NCBI GenBank assembly: GCA_028691835.1
Contig: JAQUYN010000005.1
Coordinates: 2,001-66,000, forward strand
Length of the DNA stretch: 64,000 nucleotides
Source: Alphaproteobacteria bacterium
GTDB lineage: Bacteria > Pseudomonadota > Alphaproteobacteria > UBA9219
Direction: 5' to 3'
Each line of letters begins with the position of its first letter. Position 1 is the stretch's first letter. The translations under genes and the position numbers were made by a program. This document shows positions 37,521 through 48,822 of this stretch, one piece after another. The notes below the pieces were generated by a model. The model worked only from the letters and a program-made list of their open reading frames with translations. It did not search any database and was not told the DNA's origin.

Positions 37521-38894
37521 TTAATCTTCTAAAACGATTCTTTGTCGCGCATTTTTCAGCTGAGCTGCAACCAAAAAGGCCAATTCAAGCGCCTGTGAAG
37601 CATTTAAACGTGGGTCACAGTGCGTTTCATAGCAATTGGCGAGATCAAGCTCGGTAACATGGGCGGCTCCCCCCATGCATTCCGTTACATTGCGACCTGT
37701 CATTTCCAGATGAATTCCTCCGGGCCAAACGCCTTCAGATTCGCACACTGAGAAGAACCCCTTGACCTCAGCCAAAACATTACTGAAATTACGGGTTTTA
37801 TAGTTGTTGGACGTTTTCTCGGTATTGCCATGCATAGGGTCACTGCACCAGACAACTTTGCGGCCCTCTTGCTTGATCCGGTGCAAAAGGGGTGGCAAGA
37901 ACTCTTCGATTTTTGTGGCCCCCATACGTGCGATGAGCGTGATCCGTCCCGCCTCGTTTTCTGGGTTCAGCGTGTCGATCAGGCGTAACAAATCGTCTGG
38001 GTTTATCGTTGGCCCGCATTTCATACCAAGAGGATTTTTGACGCCACGTAAGAACTCAACATGCGCATCATCAGGTCCCCTTGTCCGGTCACCAATCCAC
38101 AACATATGCGCCGATACGTCGTACCAGCTATCCGTTGTGCTATCGATGCGCGTAAGGGCTTCCTCATACGGTAAAAGCAAAGCTTCATGCGACGTGAAGA
38201 ACTCCGTTTCACGGATGGACGGAGTCGTGTTGCCATCAATGCCACAGGCTCTCATAAAATCCAAAGCTTCACCGATACGACGCGATAAATCTCTGTAACG
38301 CTCGGCCTGCAAATCGCCTGTTACAAAATCGAGGTTCCAATTATGAACCTTATGCAAATCGGCATACCCGCCTTGCGCAAAAGCGCGCAATAGGTTCAAC
38401 GTTGACGCTGACTGGTTATAGACCTGAAGCATACGGTCCGGGTCTGGAACTCGGTCCTCAGCCGTGAAATCCATGCCATTAATAATGTCACCACGATAGC
38501 TTGGTAAGGATACGCCATCCCGTGTTTCCATATCTTCCGAACGTGGCTTGGCGAACTGGCCCGCCATGCGCCCGACCTTTACGATGGGAACGGCGCCACC
38601 GAAAGTCAAAACGACGGCCATCTGCAAAATGATACGAAAGGAGTCGCGAATGTTATTCGCGCTGAACTCAGCAAAACTTTCGGCGCAGTCTCCGCATTGA
38701 AGAAGAAAGGCCTTCCCTGCCGCGACCTTTGCCAAAGATTTTTGAAGACGACGCGCCTCACCCGCAAAAACGAGCGGCGGTTGTTTGGCCAGTCGTTCAA
38801 GCACGCCCCCCAACGCCTGTTGGTCGGGATAGGTTGGCTGCTGGAGGACTCGTTTGTTGTGCCAAGAGCTTGGGTTCCAATTTGCCTGTGTCAT
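37521..38894 (-). CDS. 3-deoxy-7-phosphoheptulonate (DAHP) synthase, class II
   Basis: At 457 aa it has the plant/actinobacterial-type class II sequence ([34 protein letters not shown]). Confidence 0.92.
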   Translation of the reverse strand: MTQANWNPSSWHNKRVLQQPTYPDQQALGGVLERLAKQPPLVFAGEARRLQKSLAKVAAGKAFLLQCGDCAESFAEFSANNIRDSFRIILQMAVVLTFGGAVPIVKVGRMAGQFAKPRSEDMETRDGVSLPSYRGDIINGMDFTAEDRVPDPDRMLQVYNQSASTLNLLRAFAQGGYADLHKVHNWNLDFVTGDLQAERYRDLSRRIGEALDFMRACGIDGNTTPSIRETEFFTSHEALLLPYEEALTRIDSTTDSWYDVSAHMLWIGDRTRGPDDAHVEFLRGVKNPLGMKCGPTINPDDLLRLIDTLNPENEAGRITLIARMGATKIEEFLPPLLHRIKQEGRKVVWCSDPMHGNTEKTSNNYKTRNFSNVLAEVKGFFSVCESEGVWPGGIHLEMTGRNVTECMGGAAHVTELDLANCYETHCDPRLNASQALELAFLVAAQLKNARQRIVLED

Positions 38895-39339
38895 TTTGCG
38901 GTCCTGTAACGTATGAGGTCGATCCGGTTTATCCAGACCTTTAAAGACTTATTCATGATGTGGGTGAGTCGTATGTATATGTTCCGGTTTTACCGGAAGT
39001 AATAAGCAAACATAAAGCCAAAGCCGCCCTGCATCGAGGGTGCCTTTCGCCAAAGTGAAATATGTGCATTTGTGCTTATCATGTGTGAAATGATACATTG
39101 AGTTTTCGAAGAAAACAAATGTTTTGTTAGGCAAGGGTCTGAGGCGAATTACAATGAGACTCAATACGATTTCGTCGGTTTGTGTGTTCATCAATCGCAA
39201 TAGCGGTCATGCGTAGGTCCGCCTGTTCGAAACAGATAACGCGTAAAAGCTCAAAAACGAGATTATCTGTTTGCTCGGCCATTCCTGCCCTGATCAATTC
39301 ACGTTTTGTTCTGTTATATACTCTTTATCTGCTAAAATC

Positions 39340-39433
39340 CCAGTCGTCCCGCCAGCCCACCTCACTCGCTCTGCGCCTCACTCACCGTTAGCGTCATCCC
39401 GTGAACCCACCCCGGCTCGGGCCCGGATGACGC
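39340..39433. repeat. Composite repeat: family-A right-arm module (inverse) followed by a family-B-like palindrome
   Basis: CCAGTCGTCCCGCCAGCCCACCTCACTCGCTCTGCGCCTCAC is the reverse complement of 52347-52388. It is followed by GCGTCATCC...GGATGACGC. Confidence 0.7.
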
Positions 39434-39561
39434 AAAAGGAGAGGCCTGCTGGTGAAAAATCTGTCGAGGGTCTCTTGGCATAACGGGACCATAAAAACCT
39501 ACTCGTGAAGTACGAGCAGTAAACATATCTTTGCTTAAGAAGATAGCAAAAGCCTGCCGCT

Positions 39562-41382
39562 CTATTCCACCGTCACGCTTTTTGCGAGATTGCGGGGTTG
39601 ATCAACGTCGGTTCCTTTCGCAAGGGCCGTATAATAGGCCAAAAGCTGAACGGGAACCGAATACAAGATCGGCATCACAACAGGATGCGTTTCGGGCAGC
39701 ACAGAGACCCAGAATGGCTTGGTCGGCATGTTCGCAAGGCCAACCTTATCCGTAAACATCACAACCTTGCCGCCGCGAGCCACGACTTCTTGAATATTGG
39801 ACGCCGTCTTTTCAAACAACGCATCATGCGGCGCAAGAACAACGACTGGCATTGATTCATCAATGAGCGCAATGGGGCCGTGTTTCAGCTCACCAGCCGG
39901 ATAGCCTTCGGCATGAATGTACGAGATTTCCTTAAGCTTGAGTGCGCCTTCCAAAGCGAGCGGGAACAACAGGCCACGTCCAAGATAAAGCACGTCTTTG
40001 GCATCGGCCAAGTTTTGTGAAAGTTCTTGAATCTTGTGGTCCTCACGTAAGACTTCATTGATCTTGGCGGGAATTTCACGCAAGGCTTGCAGAATTTCGC
40101 TGGCTTTGGCTTCTGAAATATGGCTGCGCGCAACGCCCGCATGAAGCGCCATGCACAACAAAACGGTGAGTTGCGTTGTAAAGGCTTTGGTCGAAGCCAC
40201 GCTGATTTCAGGGCCACACAAAGTCGGCACCACGCAATCAGACTGACGCGCAATCGTGCTGTGTTGAACATTCACAACAGACAAAATCTTTTGGCCGTGC
40301 TTCTTCGCATAGTTTAAGGCCGCAAGTGTGTCTGCCGTTTCCCCGGATTGCGAGATCACAACCATTGCTCCGCCCTTGACCATTGGGGATTCACGATAGC
40401 GAAACTCGGACGCGACATCGACATCGACGGGCAACCCCGCCAATTGCTCAAACCAGTATTTTGCAACCATGCCCGCATAGCAAGCCGTGCCGCAGGCGAC
40501 GATAGAAAGACGAGGAATCTCTTTCCAGTCAAACGGCATCGGAGGCATGGAGAGCTTGTTTTCGGCGGTGATCAGCGCGTTCATGGTGTCACCGATCACA
40601 ACGGGCTGCTCAAAGATTTCTTTAAGCATAAAGTGGCGATATTCGCCCTTACCGATAACGGCACCGCTCAGATTTGTCTGATGAATTTTACGTTCAACAA
40701 TATGTCCATCTTCGTCGTGGACAACGGCTTTACCGGGCGTAAGTTCAACCCAGTCGCCCTCTTCCAGATAACTAATTCGGTTTGTCAGCGGCGCAAGCGC
40801 AAGCGCGTCTGATCCTAAATACATTTCGTTTTCGCCATAGCCAACGGCCAAAGGCGACCCGCGACGGGCACCGATCAAAAGATCTTCATGACCTGTAAAA
40901 ATAATGGCAAGGGCAAAAGCGCCCTCAAGTCGCTTAAGCGCTGCAGCTGTCGCAGCCTGTGGAGTCAGTCCTTGTTGCAAATAATCTGTAATCAGGTGAG
41001 CGATTGACTCAGTATCCGTTTCAGATTTGAAAACGTGGCCCTTATCTTCAAGTTCAACGCGAAGGGAATGATAATTTTCAACAATCCCGTTATGCACAAC
41101 AGCGACTTGGGTAGAAAAATGTGGGTGAGCATTGTCAACGCTGGGGCGGCCATGCGTGGCCCAGCGCGTGTGACCGATCCCGACGGTGCCAACCAACGGT
41201 TCATGTGCCAATTTTTCAGCCAAAGCATTGAGTTTACCAACAGCGCGACGCGTTTGGATGGTGCCATTGACAAGCGTTGCAATCCCTGCGCTGTCATACC
41301 CGCGATACTCAAGCCGCCGAAGACCATCGACTAATATGTCTGCAACAGGACGTGAAGCCAAAATACCAACAATACCGCACAT
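39562..41382 (-). CDS. glmS: Glutamine--fructose-6-phosphate aminotransferase
   Basis: It has the N-terminal MCGIVG nucleophile, two SIS domains and a C-terminal KSVTVE. Confidence 0.95.
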   Translation of the reverse strand: MCGIVGILASRPVADILVDGLRRLEYRGYDSAGIATLVNGTIQTRRAVGKLNALAEKLAHEPLVGTVGIGHTRWATHGRPSVDNAHPHFSTQVAVVHNGIVENYHSLRVELEDKGHVFKSETDTESIAHLITDYLQQGLTPQAATAAALKRLEGAFALAIIFTGHEDLLIGARRGSPLAVGYGENEMYLGSDALALAPLTNRISYLEEGDWVELTPGKAVVHDEDGHIVERKIHQTNLSGAVIGKGEYRHFMLKEIFEQPVVIGDTMNALITAENKLSMPPMPFDWKEIPRLSIVACGTACYAGMVAKYWFEQLAGLPVDVDVASEFRYRESPMVKGGAMVVISQSGETADTLAALNYAKKHGQKILSVVNVQHSTIARQSDCVVPTLCGPEISVASTKAFTTQLTVLLCMALHAGVARSHISEAKASEILQALREIPAKINEVLREDHKIQELSQNLADAKDVLYLGRGLLFPLALEGALKLKEISYIHAEGYPAGELKHGPIALIDESMPVVVLAPHDALFEKTASNIQEVVARGGKVVMFTDKVGLANMPTKPFWVSVLPETHPVVMPILYSVPVQLLAYYTALAKGTDVDQPRNLAKSVTVE

Positions 41383-41431
41383 GGATAGGTAACTCCTAAA
41401 ATAACAAGATCACAAACATAAGTAACTGATT

Positions 41432-41593
41432 TGTCATTCCGGTGAAACTTTCTCTTCGACGCTTGAGGCGAAAGAAAGTTTAATCCGGAATCCCATTTGG
41501 TTTTAAAAAGAAGCCAAAGAAAATGGGATTCCAAATCTGCGCCCTTATGTCGCAAGCGACAAAAGGTCTTGTCCGGAATGACAAGTGGAGAGA
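41432..41593. repeat. Family-B palindromic element, long compound copy
   Basis: The termini are TGTCATTCCGG ... CCGGAATGACA. They enclose two further hairpins: AAACTTTCTxTTCG/GCGAAAGAAAGTTT and GGAATCCCATTT/AAAATGGGATTCC. Confidence 0.8.
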
Positions 41594-41693
41594 TAAGGCC
41601 CCACCAATCACGCACCCCATGCTGAAGCATCACCCCCATCAAGGCAACCCCCCGAATCGTCAAATGGTATGACAGATTGTTACAAATTCGTGT

Positions 41694-42416
41694 TCACCAA
41701 GGCCAAAATGAGCCACTGTAATCCCAAAAGCGGCCCGATTGTCCCACGTCTAACCCTTCTATGATTTTGCGCATAGAAGTAACGCTCTCTTCCGGTTCTA
41801 GTGGTGCGCTTTGTCCGCCCATATCTGTTGCAACAGAACCGGGATGAATGCTTGCGAACGCAATCCCCTGAGGCTCTAAAAGTTTGGCCATATTACGCAT
41901 GCCGATATTCAGGGCCGCTTTGCTTGTATTATATGAAATGTATTCTGGAAAAAGCGACATGTCTGCCGAGCCACAACGACTAGAAATCATGATGACTTTT
42001 CGTTGCTCCCCAAACTTAATATTTGGCAGCAACGCCAATGTCACCATAATGGGGCCAACTGTATTGATATTAATCACCCGACGCCAAGCGGTGTGGTCAA
42101 GCGTACCTGTATAGTCGCCTGTGGAGTCATCCCAGCCAATTAGTCCCCGGCCCTGCGCCGTGATTCCCGCATTATTGATCAACACATCTATGGGAACATC
42201 TTTCAGTGTTGTGCTGAGTTCATCAATACTGCCCTCTTCGCCAACGTCGAGCGCTTCTAGTTGAACAGACGGATAGCTTTGCGCCAGCTTTATCAGATTT
42301 TCTGCCGTGTCGGGATCGCGACACGACGCTATGACGCCCCATCCGTCTGCGGCATACTGCCTCGCAAACGCAAGGCCTATGCCACGACTTGCCCCCGTGA
42401 TAAAAACGGTTGGCAT
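41694..42416 (-). CDS. Short-chain dehydrogenase/reductase (SDR) family oxidoreductase
   Basis: Motifs TGASRGIG, NNAG and YxxxK (YNTSKAA) are present. Confidence 0.85.
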   Translation of the reverse strand: MPTVFITGASRGIGLAFARQYAADGWGVIASCRDPDTAENLIKLAQSYPSVQLEALDVGEEGSIDELSTTLKDVPIDVLINNAGITAQGRGLIGWDDSTGDYTGTLDHTAWRRVININTVGPIMVTLALLPNIKFGEQRKVIMISSRCGSADMSLFPEYISYNTSKAALNIGMRNMAKLLEPQGIAFASIHPGSVATDMGGQSAPLEPEESVTSMRKIIEGLDVGQSGRFWDYSGSFWPW

Positions 42417-45074
42417 TCAACCCGCCAACGCCTTCTCGATCACCGCGACCGCCTCGGGCATTGCGTCGTCATTGACGCCGCCAGCTTGGGCCATGTCGGG
42501 ACGGCCACCGCCGCCCTTACCGCCCAGAGCCTCCGCGCCGACCTTGACGAGATCCACAGCGCTGATCCGGCTGGTCAAGTCATCCGTCACGGCGACAACG
42601 AGCGAGACTTTGCCTTCCGCGCTGGACATCAGAACGACGACGCCGGACTTGACCTGAGCCTTGAATGCATCGGCCATAGGCTTCAAATCCTTGGCCGGCA
42701 TATCCTTCATGATGCGGCTGATAAAGTTTACGCCGCCCACTTGCTTCGGCGCTTCACTGGCCGCACTTGAAGACGCACCGCATCCCATCGCAACCTGACG
42801 GCGCAAATCGGCAACTTCGCGTTCCAACTTTTTGCGTTCCTCGACCAACAAAGCAACGCGAGAGGCGACTTCCACAACCGAGGCTTTCATCGTGTCGGCA
42901 ATCGCGAATAGGTTCTTTTCATGTTCGGAAAAATGCGCGAGTGCACCGGAGCCCGTCAGGCCTTCGATGCGGCGAACACCCGCAGCCAAAGCGCTTTCGC
43001 TGATGATTTTGAAAACGCCAATATCACCTGTGCGGCGCACATGCGTACCGCCACAAAGCTCGACAGAAAAGGCCAGTTTGCCGTCAGACGGCCCGCCCAT
43101 GGAAACGACGCGAACCTCCTCGCCATACTTTTCACCGAACAGCGCCATTGCGCCTTGGTCCATCGCCTCCTTTGGAGTCATGAGTCGCGTTGTGACTTCA
43201 TCATTCAAACGGATTTGACGATTCACCTCGGCCTCGACTTCGGCCAGAACATCCGCAGTCACAGCGCCGTTGTGGCTGAAGTCAAAGCGGAAACGATCCG
43301 GCGTAACGCTCGAGCCCTTTTGCGCAACATGCGTGCCAAGCTTGCGGCGCAACGCCTCCTGAAGTAAATGAGCAGCCGAGTGATTGGCGCGGATCGCGGC
43401 GCGACGTTCACTATCGACAAGCAACTTGGCCTCGTCGCCCGTCTTGATCGTGCCCTTTTCAACGCGACCATGGTGCACGAACACGTTGCCCGTTTCCTTG
43501 CGCGTGTCGGTAACGATAACAACGGCGCCTGATGAAGTCGTGATCGTGCCCGTGTCGCCGACTTGGCCGCCACTTTCAGCATAAAAAGGTGTTTGATTGA
43601 CGACGATTTGCACATCGCTGCCTGCGCCAGCATCAGCAACGCGTGAACCATTGCGCACAAGCGCGGTAATCTGGCCTTCCGCCTTTTCGGTGCTGTACCC
43701 CAAGAAATCCGTTCCGCCAATTTCATCGGCAATCTCAAACCAGATTTTCGATGTTGCGGCATCGCCAGACCCCGTCCAGCTTTTGCGAGCCTCGGCCTTT
43801 TGCTTGGCCATCGACTCCTCAAAGCCCTTTACATCGACCGTCTGATCGCGTCCGCGCAAAACGTCTTGCGTCAGATCGAGCGGGAATCCAAATGTGTCAT
43901 AAAGCTTGAACGCCACCGCGCCAGGCAGAGCATCGCCCTTGCCAAGACCAGCGGACTCTTCATCAAGTAACTTGATGCCACGATCAAGCGTCTGTTTGAA
44001 ACGCGACTCTTCCAACTTCAACGTCTCGGTGATCATCGACTCCGCACGCACCAGCTCTGGATAGGCTACGCCCATTTGTTTAATAAGCTCTGGAACGAGG
44101 CGATAGATCAACGGCTCCTTGGTGCCGAGCAAATGCGCATGACGCATGCCACGGCGCATAATGCGACGCAGGACATAGCCGCGCCCTTCATTGCTGGGCA
44201 ACACGCCATCAGCAATCAGGAAGGCCGTTGCGCGAAGATGGTCGGCAATAACGCGGAAGGAAGCTTTTTGCTCACCTTGCGGATCCACTTTGACAAGATC
44301 AGCCGTCGTGGCGATTAATGCCTTGAACAAATCAATATCATAGTTCGATGTTACGCCTTGCAAAATGGCAGCGATGCGCTCCAACCCCATGCCCGTGTCA
44401 ATTGAAGGCTTCGGTAACGGAATACGTTTGCCGTCGGCGGTTTCCTCAAACTGCATAAACACAAGATTCCAAAACTCAAGGAACCGGTCGCCGTCTTCAT
44501 TCGGCGACCCGGGAGGCCCCCCTTGAAGCTTTTCACCCTGATCAATAAAGATTTCTGAACAGGGCCCGCAAGGCCCCACATCCCCCATGCGCCAGAAATT
44601 GTCTGAGGTCGGAATGCGGATAATTTTATCGTCCGTGAACCCGGCAACTTTCTTCCAAAGGCTTACCGCCTCTTCGTCATCATGATACACGGTGACGAGC
44701 AAATGCTTTGGCGACAAATCCAGATGCTTCGTAATCAGCTCCCATGCGAAATCAATCGCGTCAGCTTTAAAATAATCGCCAAATGAAAAGTTGCCGAGCA
44801 TTTCGAAAAAGGTGTGGTGCCGCGCCGTATAACCCACATTTTCAAGATCGTTATGCTTGCCGCCAGCCCGCACCGATTTTTGAGCCGTTGTAGCTCGCGT
44901 ATAAGGTCGCGTTTCCGCGCCAGTAAATACATTCTTAAACTGAACCATTCCCGAATTGGTGAACATCAGGGTCGGATCGTTCTGTGGCACCAAAGGTGAG
45001 GAGTCCACAATCGTGTGTCCCTTGGATTCATAAAACTTCAAATAGGTCGAACGTATATCGGCAAGCGTTTTCAT
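42417..45074 (-). CDS. alaS: Alanyl-tRNA synthetase
   Basis: The 885-aa ORF has class II motifs, an editing domain with HxxxH and CxxxH, and a C-terminal DHHA1-like domain. Confidence 0.96.
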   Translation of the reverse strand: MKTLADIRSTYLKFYESKGHTIVDSSPLVPQNDPTLMFTNSGMVQFKNVFTGAETRPYTRATTAQKSVRAGGKHNDLENVGYTARHHTFFEMLGNFSFGDYFKADAIDFAWELITKHLDLSPKHLLVTVYHDDEEAVSLWKKVAGFTDDKIIRIPTSDNFWRMGDVGPCGPCSEIFIDQGEKLQGGPPGSPNEDGDRFLEFWNLVFMQFEETADGKRIPLPKPSIDTGMGLERIAAILQGVTSNYDIDLFKALIATTADLVKVDPQGEQKASFRVIADHLRATAFLIADGVLPSNEGRGYVLRRIMRRGMRHAHLLGTKEPLIYRLVPELIKQMGVAYPELVRAESMITETLKLEESRFKQTLDRGIKLLDEESAGLGKGDALPGAVAFKLYDTFGFPLDLTQDVLRGRDQTVDVKGFEESMAKQKAEARKSWTGSGDAATSKIWFEIADEIGGTDFLGYSTEKAEGQITALVRNGSRVADAGAGSDVQIVVNQTPFYAESGGQVGDTGTITTSSGAVVIVTDTRKETGNVFVHHGRVEKGTIKTGDEAKLLVDSERRAAIRANHSAAHLLQEALRRKLGTHVAQKGSSVTPDRFRFDFSHNGAVTADVLAEVEAEVNRQIRLNDEVTTRLMTPKEAMDQGAMALFGEKYGEEVRVVSMGGPSDGKLAFSVELCGGTHVRRTGDIGVFKIISESALAAGVRRIEGLTGSGALAHFSEHEKNLFAIADTMKASVVEVASRVALLVEERKKLEREVADLRRQVAMGCGASSSAASEAPKQVGGVNFISRIMKDMPAKDLKPMADAFKAQVKSGVVVLMSSAEGKVSLVVAVTDDLTSRISAVDLVKVGAEALGGKGGGGRPDMAQAGGVNDDAMPEAVAVIEKALAG

Positions 45075-45225
45075 AAGGTCCCTCTTTGTGTTAGGTCCCT
45101 ATATTTGCGGATATTTTGGCGCTTGTCCATGGGGGAAACACGATTAAACGCAATCTGACTGGATATCACAGATGATACGGCCCACCCATGGGCAGCAATC
45201 GCGACGCGAAAATAGATTTCTATAG

Positions 45226-46203
45226 TTAACGATGATAAGCCCCAGGGATCTGAGATATGTCAAACGGAACGGCGGCATAAATGCACTTAATCCAGTTAGT
45301 ATAGAGAATTGCCGAATAGCGCCACGAATTTAGTGGCGGATTTACCGGATCGTTCTCAGGATAATAATGTTCGGGTAACGCCGTCAGGGGGTCTTTTGCT
45401 CGGTCTCGCAGATATTCACGATGCAATGTGTCTGTTTCATATTCGGGATGGTTCAGCACATAAAGACGTCGCGGATAAAAAGACTCGCCATCATCAAAGG
45501 TGCGTGATTCTGCTAGCATGTTGGGGCCGGACTCGATGGAGTCCGCGATAATTTCTAAGGCCTTCACCTTTTGAATATCATCTCGACATGGGCTTTTCCA
45601 GCGTGAGACGGGCACAGAGAAGGCATCTGGAAAACCGAACAGCACCCCTGTTTTATCCGATACCAATCGATGCTCGAACAACCCAAACGTTTTGCGATTG
45701 CCCTTCAAGCTATCAATGTCATAAAAATACTTCAACGCGGCTTTGGCCCCCCAACACAAGAACAGCGTAGAAAGGACATTCGTGCGCGACCATTCTAAAA
45801 GCTCGCAAACTTCGCCCCAAATAAGTTCTTCTTCCACACGATCCTTGAGCGCATTGACCCCAGTGACAATAAGCCCATCAAACTTGCGATCTTTGATCTC
45901 ACCAAACGCATGATAGAATTTTTGGATATGTTCGGGTGCAGTATTTTTGCTTGAATGGCCACCCCGGATTTTATTGATATAGGAATCTGTGGCAACAAAG
46001 GTCAGCTGGACTTGCAAAGGCGTGTTGCCTAGCCATTGAGCGAGTTGTCGCTCCGTCGTTTGCTTGTCCGCCATTAGGTTTAAGATGGCGATTTCCATAG
46101 GCCGCACGTCCTGCGCAACCGCCCTCTTCCGGTCAATCGCGGATGGATTGCCAAGAGAAGGAAGAAAAGGATGTCGTTCATGGCTGGTGATAATGACAGG
46201 CAT
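45226..46203 (-). CDS. metA: Homoserine O-acyltransferase MetA (HTS family)
   Basis: The N-terminus MPVIITSHERHPFL...RPMEIAILNLMADK aligns with the E. coli MetA N-terminus (MPIRVPDELPAVNFL...RPLKVLILNLMPKK, recollected). The start is re-set to the ATG at 46203. Confidence 0.9.
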   Translation of the reverse strand: MPVIITSHERHPFLPSLGNPSAIDRKRAVAQDVRPMEIAILNLMADKQTTERQLAQWLGNTPLQVQLTFVATDSYINKIRGGHSSKNTAPEHIQKFYHAFGEIKDRKFDGLIVTGVNALKDRVEEELIWGEVCELLEWSRTNVLSTLFLCWGAKAALKYFYDIDSLKGNRKTFGLFEHRLVSDKTGVLFGFPDAFSVPVSRWKSPCRDDIQKVKALEIIADSIESGPNMLAESRTFDDGESFYPRRLYVLNHPEYETDTLHREYLRDRAKDPLTALPEHYYPENDPVNPPLNSWRYSAILYTNWIKCIYAAVPFDISQIPGAYHR

Positions 46204-46309
46204 ATGTGACCTCTCGCATTCAATGTGTTCTATGTCACAGATATGTGGGGGCAAATAGAAAACCCCCGCACCTGTGGCAACCCAAATCAGGGAGACCACA
46301 TCGCGAAGG

Positions 46310-46375
46310 CTTTGTGGCGCTTTAGCTTTTGATAACGCGGAAGCAAGCTGCTCTCTCTGTCAAATCCCGCGAAGC
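46310..46375 (-). promoter_or_regulatory. Candidate SAM-II (metA-type) riboswitch
   Basis: The minus strand reads CGCGGGAUUUGACAGAGAGAGCAGCUUGCUUCCGCGUUAUCAAAAGCUAAAGCG. CGCGG/CCGCG form P1, and loop AGCUU can pair with the 3-prime AAGCU to give an H-type pseudoknot. The conserved GAUUU and AAAGCUAAA strings are present. It lies upstream of metA, as is typical in alphaproteobacteria. Confidence 0.45.
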
Positions 46376-46513
46376 ATAGGGAAACCCCGTGCTTGCGAAG
46401 ATATCATCATAGATATGGGGAGGTTGTCAATTACCTCCATCACAACATTTCAATTTAATTTGCTATACCAATCGTGAATGAAGGGTTGGTTTTTAAGTCC
46501 AGAGAATGCTGTT

Positions 46514-46560
46514 ACACCAGCGAGCCTATAGAACGGACTCATTGAAAGGGCCGTTGGTAT
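46514..46560 (+). repeat. Family-A repeat, miniature copy (left arm fused to right terminus)
   Basis: ACACCAGCGAGCCTATAGAACGGACTCATTGAAAGGGCCGTTGGTAT. Confidence 0.7.
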
Positions 46561-46574
46561 AACGGTGCGCTTTG

Positions 46575-47423
46575 TTAAACCTCTGGCAGTTCGCAAAAAC
46601 GTAGAATCCAGTCGCGAAGTTCGCGCCAGCTTTGTTTGTTGGGGGCTGTCAGAATGCCGCGTCCATAATGAGATGGCCGGAAACGTTCTTCATTCCAATG
46701 GGCCGAAAACCCACCCGCTTCGCTGTGAATGAGAATACCTGCCGCATTATCCCAAGGCGTGCAGGTTTCTTTCCAGCAATGGAAATGCATCTGTTCGTGA
46801 TTGCCGGAGAAATGAGGCTTACCACGCACCAAACGGGCATAATCATGGCAAGATGATAGCATGCGTGAGAACAGAGGTTTTTTTACATCTGGCGGCGTTT
46901 GGCATTGTGCAAAATCGTCATGAAGGCGCGCCCCCATCACACCGTGAAGCTTTTCAAATGCGCAGGCAGGAAGCACCTTTAACCGCTCCCCCTTGTAATA
47001 GGCCCCGGCTCCTTTTTCAGCGGTGATAAACTCTCTCGACGTTGGATCATAAAGCCATGCCGCGAGAGTCTGGTCGTTATGAGAAAGAGAAACGATAACG
47101 CCATAATAGGGCAATCCGGCGATAAACAACTTGGTTCCATCAACCGGATCAATTGTCCAGACGGGAGCATCGCTCGAAAAATTATTCAGCACATTTTGAT
47201 TTTGAGCAAACTCTTCTTCGCCGACAACGAGCGACCCCGGCAACAATTCCGTCAGACGGCGTTTAAGCTCTATCTCAGCTTCTAAATCCGCAATGGTGAC
47301 GGGATTGTTGTATGACTTATAGTGGACATCATCTGCTGGAAGTTGTTTGAATCGAGGGACAATGATCCTGTCGGCGACCTCTGAGATAATCGATTCAACA
47401 TCCTCATTTTTGAAACTTAACAT
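46575..47423 (-). CDS. Inositol monophosphatase family protein (SuhB/CysQ-like)
   Basis: Motifs are WTIDPVDGT, WDNAAG and an EE metal site. The start is uncertain: the ATG at 47423 is preferred, with 47474 as the alternative. Both lie inside the 3-prime end of hflX. Confidence 0.8.
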   Translation of the reverse strand: MLSFKNEDVESIISEVADRIIVPRFKQLPADDVHYKSYNNPVTIADLEAEIELKRRLTELLPGSLVVGEEEFAQNQNVLNNFSSDAPVWTIDPVDGTKLFIAGLPYYGVIVSLSHNDQTLAAWLYDPTSREFITAEKGAGAYYKGERLKVLPACAFEKLHGVMGARLHDDFAQCQTPPDVKKPLFSRMLSSCHDYARLVRGKPHFSGNHEQMHFHCWKETCTPWDNAAGILIHSEAGGFSAHWNEERFRPSHYGRGILTAPNKQSWRELRDWILRFCELPEV

Positions 47424-48822
47424 CGACAATTTTTCCAAATTTACTGATGAATCGACCAAAATCAGCTTCATCAAGCGTGACTTTAAGGTGAGTCTTTGTT
47501 TTCCTATCCGTCTTTTCTAAAACTTTACCATGACCATACAACCAAGCCAAGGCTGCGCCTTCTGTAAGCGGAAGGCTGACTTCATAAACGTGAACACGTG
47601 CGGCCAGTTGATCGTCTATCAAGGACAAAAGATCATCGATCCCAACCCCTGTTAACGCTGAGACTGCCACAGCGCCGCCCCGCGCTTCATGTGTAAGGCC
47701 TTCAAGCGTCAAGGCATGATGACTGTCCCATGACTGGCGCGAGGCGTAACTTTGCAGATTCTGCTGCTCATCTTCATCAAGTAAATCGGCCTTATTCATC
47801 ACCTCGATCAATCGCGAGTCATCAGCTTCGATGCCAAGGTCGGCCAAAATTGTTTCGACGGCTTCCTTTTGAAGGCGAGCTTCGGGATGCGTGATGTCGC
47901 GCACATGAAGGATGACATCGGCAAGCTGAACTTCTTCCAGCGTCGCCCGAAAAGCCTCGACCAAATGTGTTGGCAAATCCGTAATAAAACCAACTGTGTC
48001 GGAAAGGATAGCCTGTCTGCCGCTTGGAAGTTTAATGCCGCGCATGCTGGGATCGAGCGTCGCAAACAGCATATCTTTGGCCAACACATTTTCGCCCGTC
48101 AGCTTGTTAAACAGCGTCGATTTACCTGCGTTCGTATAGCCGACAAGAACGATTGTTGGATGCTCGGCACGCTGGCGCGCTTCACGTTGAAGACCCCGCG
48201 TGCGACGCACTTGCTCTAATTCTACCTTGAGCTTGGCAATTCGGTTGGTGATAAGACGACGATCAATCTCAAGCTGAGATTCCCCCGGTCCGCCCATAAA
48301 ACCAAAGCCGCCGCGTTGGCGCTCAAGGTGGGTCCATGTGCGAACCAGTCGTGATTTCTGGTAGTTGAGCGCCGCCAGCTCAACCTGCAGCCGACCTTCA
48401 TGTGTGCGCGCCCGTGCCCCAAAGATCTCCAGAATAAGGCTGGTACGATCAATGACTTTGCATTTCCATTTTTTCTCAAGATTCCGTTGCTGAACAGGGG
48501 TCAACGTGTGATCGATAATGACAAGATCAACTTCGTCGGATTCGATGCGCTGCGCGTAAGACTCAACGAGGCCTGATCCCAGCAGCATTGCCGGGGTAGG
48601 GTTGGCAAGATTAAACGTCTCGGCCCCAACAACATGCAGCCCAATCGCTTCAGCAAGCCCAATCGCCTCTTCAAGGATTGAATCGAGTTCACGCAGCGTC
48701 CCATGCGAAGTTTTTGAATGATTCCGCAAAATGGGTTTCAGGACATAAGCCCTGTCGCCATGACGTGTACCATCAATATCTATGGATTGATCTGTTTGTT
48801 CAGGTTGTCGTTTGTTCGCCAC
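47404..48822 (-). CDS. hflX: GTPase HflX
   Basis: It has the HflX N-domain and a G-domain ([18 protein letters not shown]). The track ORF overlaps hfq by 140 nt. I propose the GTG at 48822 as the start, but this is not secure. Confidence 0.85.
   Translation of the reverse strand: MANKRQPEQTDQSIDIDGTRHGDRAYVLKPILRNHSKTSHGTLRELDSILEEAIGLAEAIGLHVVGAETFNLANPTPAMLLGSGLVESYAQRIESDEVDLVIIDHTLTPVQQRNLEKKWKCKVIDRTSLILEIFGARARTHEGRLQVELAALNYQKSRLVRTWTHLERQRGGFGFMGGPGESQLEIDRRLITNRIAKLKVELEQVRRTRGLQREARQRAEHPTIVLVGYTNAGKSTLFNKLTGENVLAKDMLFATLDPSMRGIKLPSGRQAILSDTVGFITDLPTHLVEAFRATLEEVQLADVILHVRDITHPEARLQKEAVETILADLGIEADDSRLIEVMNKADLLDEDEQQNLQSYASRQSWDSHHALTLEGLTHEARGGAVAVSALTGVGIDDLLSLIDDQLAARVHVYEVSLPLTEGAALAWLYGHGKVLEKTDRKTKTHLKVTLDEADFGRFISKFGKIVDVKFQK

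Noticed and set aside
38949-39200. 83-aa ORF in the aroH-glmS gap
   Set aside because: It has no SD and an odd composition (His/Thr/Leu runs), and it lies in an AT-rich region with repeats. It is treated as non-coding.
39562-41430. glmS ribozyme upstream of glmS
   Set aside because: The leader is occupied by a family-B palindromic repeat. The ribozyme is essentially restricted to Gram-positive lineages, and no matching core sequence was seen.
42261-42770. 169-aa plus-strand ORF spanning the SDR/alaS junction, and alternative-frame ORFs inside alaS (42832-43218, 42921-43367, 43259-43822)
   Set aside because: They lie inside the well-supported alaS and SDR genes. Their Ala/Arg/Ser-rich composition is typical of off-frame translation of a GC-richer gene.
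46204-46299. N-terminal extension of metA from the GTG at 46299
   Set aside because: The conserved MetA N-terminus begins at the ATG at 46203, and the 32 extra residues are not MetA-like. It is noted only because the GTG lies 17 nt after the candidate riboswitch.
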